Assembly: GCA_963823665.1 (NCBI GenBank) | Contig: CAWGMQ010000003.1 | Span: 832,001-896,000 of the forward strand | DNA length: 64,000 nt | Origin: an uncultured Planctomycetota bacterium | GTDB lineage: Bacteria > Planctomycetota > Planctomycetia > Isosphaerales > Isosphaeraceae | Direction: 5' to 3' | In this document: piece by piece, positions 61,383 to 64,000 of the stretch | Position numbering within the stretch: position 1 is the stretch's first letter | Layout: the number at the start of each line of letters is the position of its first letter | The notes under the pieces: model-generated | The model's input: only the letters and a program-made list of their open reading frames with translations | The model's database searches: none | What the model was told of the DNA's origin: nothing | Position numbers and translations under genes: made by a program

Positions 61383-62781
61383 TCACTCCGCTCTGGCCGT
61401 GGGCTTCTGATCGGAAACAGTCGGAGTACTCCCATCGTTTAGCTCTTCGGAGCCGTCGCCGGGTAGGTAATCGAGATAAGAGCCGACCAGGTCTGCCTCC
61501 GACGCGGGGGTTTTGCCGTGATCACGCTTGTAGAGCTCGTCGGCCAGTGTCACGACCAGCGCCCGGTGGACGCGGCGCTCGATGGTGCGGATAGCTGGCC
61601 CCCCCCAGAAATCAAGCAGCACTTTTGCGTCTTTGGTGCCGATCAACCACTTCGCCAAACTCTGCGGCGTCAACTTGCGGGCAACCGCGGGCGCTTTCGA
61701 GTCGACCTGATAGAAGTACACGGCCATGTTCCGATTCGCTTCTCGAAACGAGGCGCAGACCGCCGGCTTCTGCAACTGCGGATCACTGTTCTCGGCGTGG
61801 GCCAGCCAGTTTGCAAATGCGAGTCGCAGCACGCGGCGACTGCGCTCGGGCTCGTTCCAGAAATAACGTTTCGCGGCGTAAGGAAGCCACGCAAGGTTGG
61901 GCGGGAGGTCCTCGCCGAAGATCTTGACGTGATGGGCCTCGTCCACACTCCAACACGCTCGTCCCCACTCCTTGTCGAGTTCATGCATCTGATCCAGATA
62001 ATCAATCTTGAGCGAGAATACATCCCATTCGGGTCTGGGCTCACCGGCTTGAATATCCGCGAGCGCCTTTCGCAAGAGCGGGACGGTCGTCCGTCGGTCG
62101 GCAGCCCAGATCGCGATCCGGGGGCGCAAATCGCGGCAAGCTCCGTCCACGAGGAATCGCTGCAACGCCGAGCCGCGCCGCATCACATGAACCTTTATGC
62201 GGAACAACGAACGATACCAGGTCCACGCGCCCTCCATATCACCTTGCTCCTCCAGACGCGACGCTTCAAGAAAGATCAGCAAGGCGAATTCCCCGTCGAC
62301 GAACTGGTGGTAGTAGTTGTCCTGGTCGAAGCCAGGATGCGGGATGCCGTCTTTTCGTTCCGACGCAGCCCGGAACAGTTCGAGCGCCTTGCGATTCGCC
62401 GTCACCCAGTCGCGCAGCTCCGGGGCGGCCTCGGACCACACGATCGTCGGGCCGCGCCGCAGCACCGCGCTCGGCTCACGCGGCCTGCGGGTGAGCTGCT
62501 CCTGAGCTTGACGAAGCAACACGATGGCATCGTCTTGCACCGGAATACGAAGCTCGTTGAAGGCCGCAACGTCGAACGGATCGCCCACGTTCGGAAGCCC
62601 GATCAAGCTCGCCCCGCGCCAGGCCTCGAGCGCTCCGGCCATGAACAGAAGACACAGCACGAGGATTACCATCAAGAAGCGGAGCTGGCGGCCTCTTCGG
62701 ATCAGATAACCGCGCAAGCGAGACTCGCACTGACCGGGCCGGAGACGGCGATGGCTGATCGATTGTTTCAGTTGTCGACAT
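61383..62781 (-). CDS. Tandem paralogue 2 (apparent frameshift near 62720)
   Basis: MSTTETIDQPSPSPARS at 62781 matches the paralogue 1 start; the rest is in ORF 61383..62717. Confidence 0.85.
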
Positions 62782-64000
62782 GGGAGTCTCGCACGGTAGG
62801 AGCCTTGCCGTCGTCGTACTCCTCCGAGTCGTCGCTCGGCAGCTCATCAAGATAATGACCCACCAGCGATTCCTCGGAAGGCGGCGGTGATCCACGGTCG
62901 CGCTCAAACAGCTCGCTCGCCAGCAGCACGACCAGATTGCGGTAATCGCGCCGCTCAACACCGCGAATCGATGGCCAGGGCCAGGCGAGAAGGAGCACTT
63001 TTGCGTCGAGCGTGCCGGCGAGCCAGTGCGCCAGATCTTGCGGCGGCAGTTTGCGAGCAGCGGCCGAAGCGTCGGCGGGCACTCGATAGAAATTCGCTGA
63101 TCCCTGCTGCCTGGCAACCTGGAACGTCGCCCGGACTGCCGGCTTCTGCCGGAGGAGGTCGCGATCGCCGGTGTGCGAGAGCCAGTTGGCGAAAGCGAGT
63201 TGCAGCACGCGCCGGCTGCGCTCGGGCTCGTTCCGGAAGTAGCGCCGTGCTGCGTAGGCTGGCCATGTCAGATTCGGCGGAAGCCGTTCGCCAAAGATGC
63301 TCACTTGCTGATCTTCCTCGGATCCCTGCTGGACGAAGCCCCCTTCACGTTCGAGCTCGTGCATCAGGATCAGGTAATCGACTTTGAGTGAAAACGAATC
63401 CCCTTCGGGCTTGATCTCCAGCGCCTTGACGTCTGCAAATGCGCGGTGGAGCAGCGCCGTGCCGGTGCGGCGGTCGGACGCCCATGCCGCAACTCGGGGT
63501 CGCAGTCTGACGCAGTACCTGGCGGCATCCGCCCGCTGAAACATCGATCCCCGCCGGGTCACGTGGTTCTGCATGCGAAAAACCGCCAGATACCAGCGCC
63601 ACGCACCTGCCATGTCGCCGAGCTCTTCCAAGCGCGATGTCTCGAGGCGGATCAGCTCGACAAAGAGTCCGAGCTTCAACTCCTCATCACCGTCGTAAGT
63701 ACCGGGATCCGGCAGCGCGATTCCGTCCGGGCGCTCCGATGCAGCGCGGAACATCGCGAGCGATTCTCGATTCGCGTCGACCCAATCGCGCAATTCGGGC
63801 GCCGACTTCGACCACGCCAGCGGGCCGAGTTTTCTGACCGCGAGCGGGAGGCGCGGAAAGTCGGTCAGCTTCCGCTGCGCCTGGCGCAAGAGAACGAATG
63901 CATCGTTCTCGGGCGGGACTTGAAAGGCCCTGAACTGCGCGACGTCAAACGGATCGCCGATATTGGGCAGCCCGATAAGGCTCGCCCCGCGCCACGCCTC
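62768..64000 (-). CDS. Tandem paralogue 3, 5' end outside the window
   Basis: EAWRGASLIGLPNIGDPFDV at the window edge; same motif set, more diverged. Confidence 0.85.
   Translation of the reverse strand, partial: EAWRGASLIGLPNIGDPFDVAQFRAFQVPPENDAFVLLRQAQRKLTDFPRLPLAVRKLGPLAWSKSAPELRDWVDANRESLAMFRAASERPDGIALPDPGTYDGDEELKLGLFVELIRLETSRLEELGDMAGAWRWYLAVFRMQNHVTRRGSMFQRADAARYCVRLRPRVAAWASDRRTGTALLHRAFADVKALEIKPEGDSFSLKVDYLILMHELEREGGFVQQGSEEDQQVSIFGERLPPNLTWPAYAARRYFRNEPERSRRVLQLAFANWLSHTGDRDLLRQKPAVRATFQVARQQGSANFYRVPADASAAARKLPPQDLAHWLAGTLDAKVLLLAWPWPSIRGVERRDYRNLVVLLASELFERDRGSPPPSEESLVGHYLDELPSDDSEEYDDGKAPTVRDSHVDN

Noticed and set aside
14609..62855. Long antisense ORFs (e.g. 14609..15991, 16513..18336, 37899..39905, 40215..41312, 56514..58043, 61518..62855)
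   Set aside because: Shadow frames of real genes in GC-rich DNA, with no recognisable motifs

Overview
GC-rich bacterial DNA, most likely from a planctomycete of the Isosphaeraceae. This is inferred from the LExRxL(L)S-type exported proteins, an ECF sigma/Ser-Thr kinase pair and several family-typical small proteins and palindromic repeats. Layout: (1) 1-6.3 kb: iscS 3' end, iscA and two exported proteins (S53 peptidase, Vgb-like propeller). (2) 4.6-16.2 kb: decayed defence/mobile island with RAYT-type transposase stubs, a BREX remnant (pglX C-terminus to truncated pglZ) enclosing an ABC-ATPase/TOPRIM-like pair and an intact unknown gene, collapsed toxin-antitoxin pairs, an IS1182 inserted into a REP palindrome, and a group II intron 3' end. 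(3) 19.3-27.0 kb: tightly coupled operon of DUF2911, a large exported PIG-L deacetylase, a small membrane protein, a Na+/solute symporter, a half-size BshC-like protein, BshB1 and BshA. It looks like a bacillithiol-type pathway joined to an uptake module and is the most interesting locus here. (4) 27-41 kb: housekeeping genes (nucleoside salvage, hydrolases, gpsA, pckA). (5) 43-58 kb: glcD/E/F split by a REP-associated DUF559 nuclease and about 10 kb of accessory genes, including the ECF/kinase module. (6) 59.9-64 kb: three tandem paralogues. Many genes beyond 30 kb carry single-base frameshifts that look like sequencing/assembly errors. No rRNA, tRNA or CRISPR array was seen. All family assignments come from motif recognition by eye; no searches were run.
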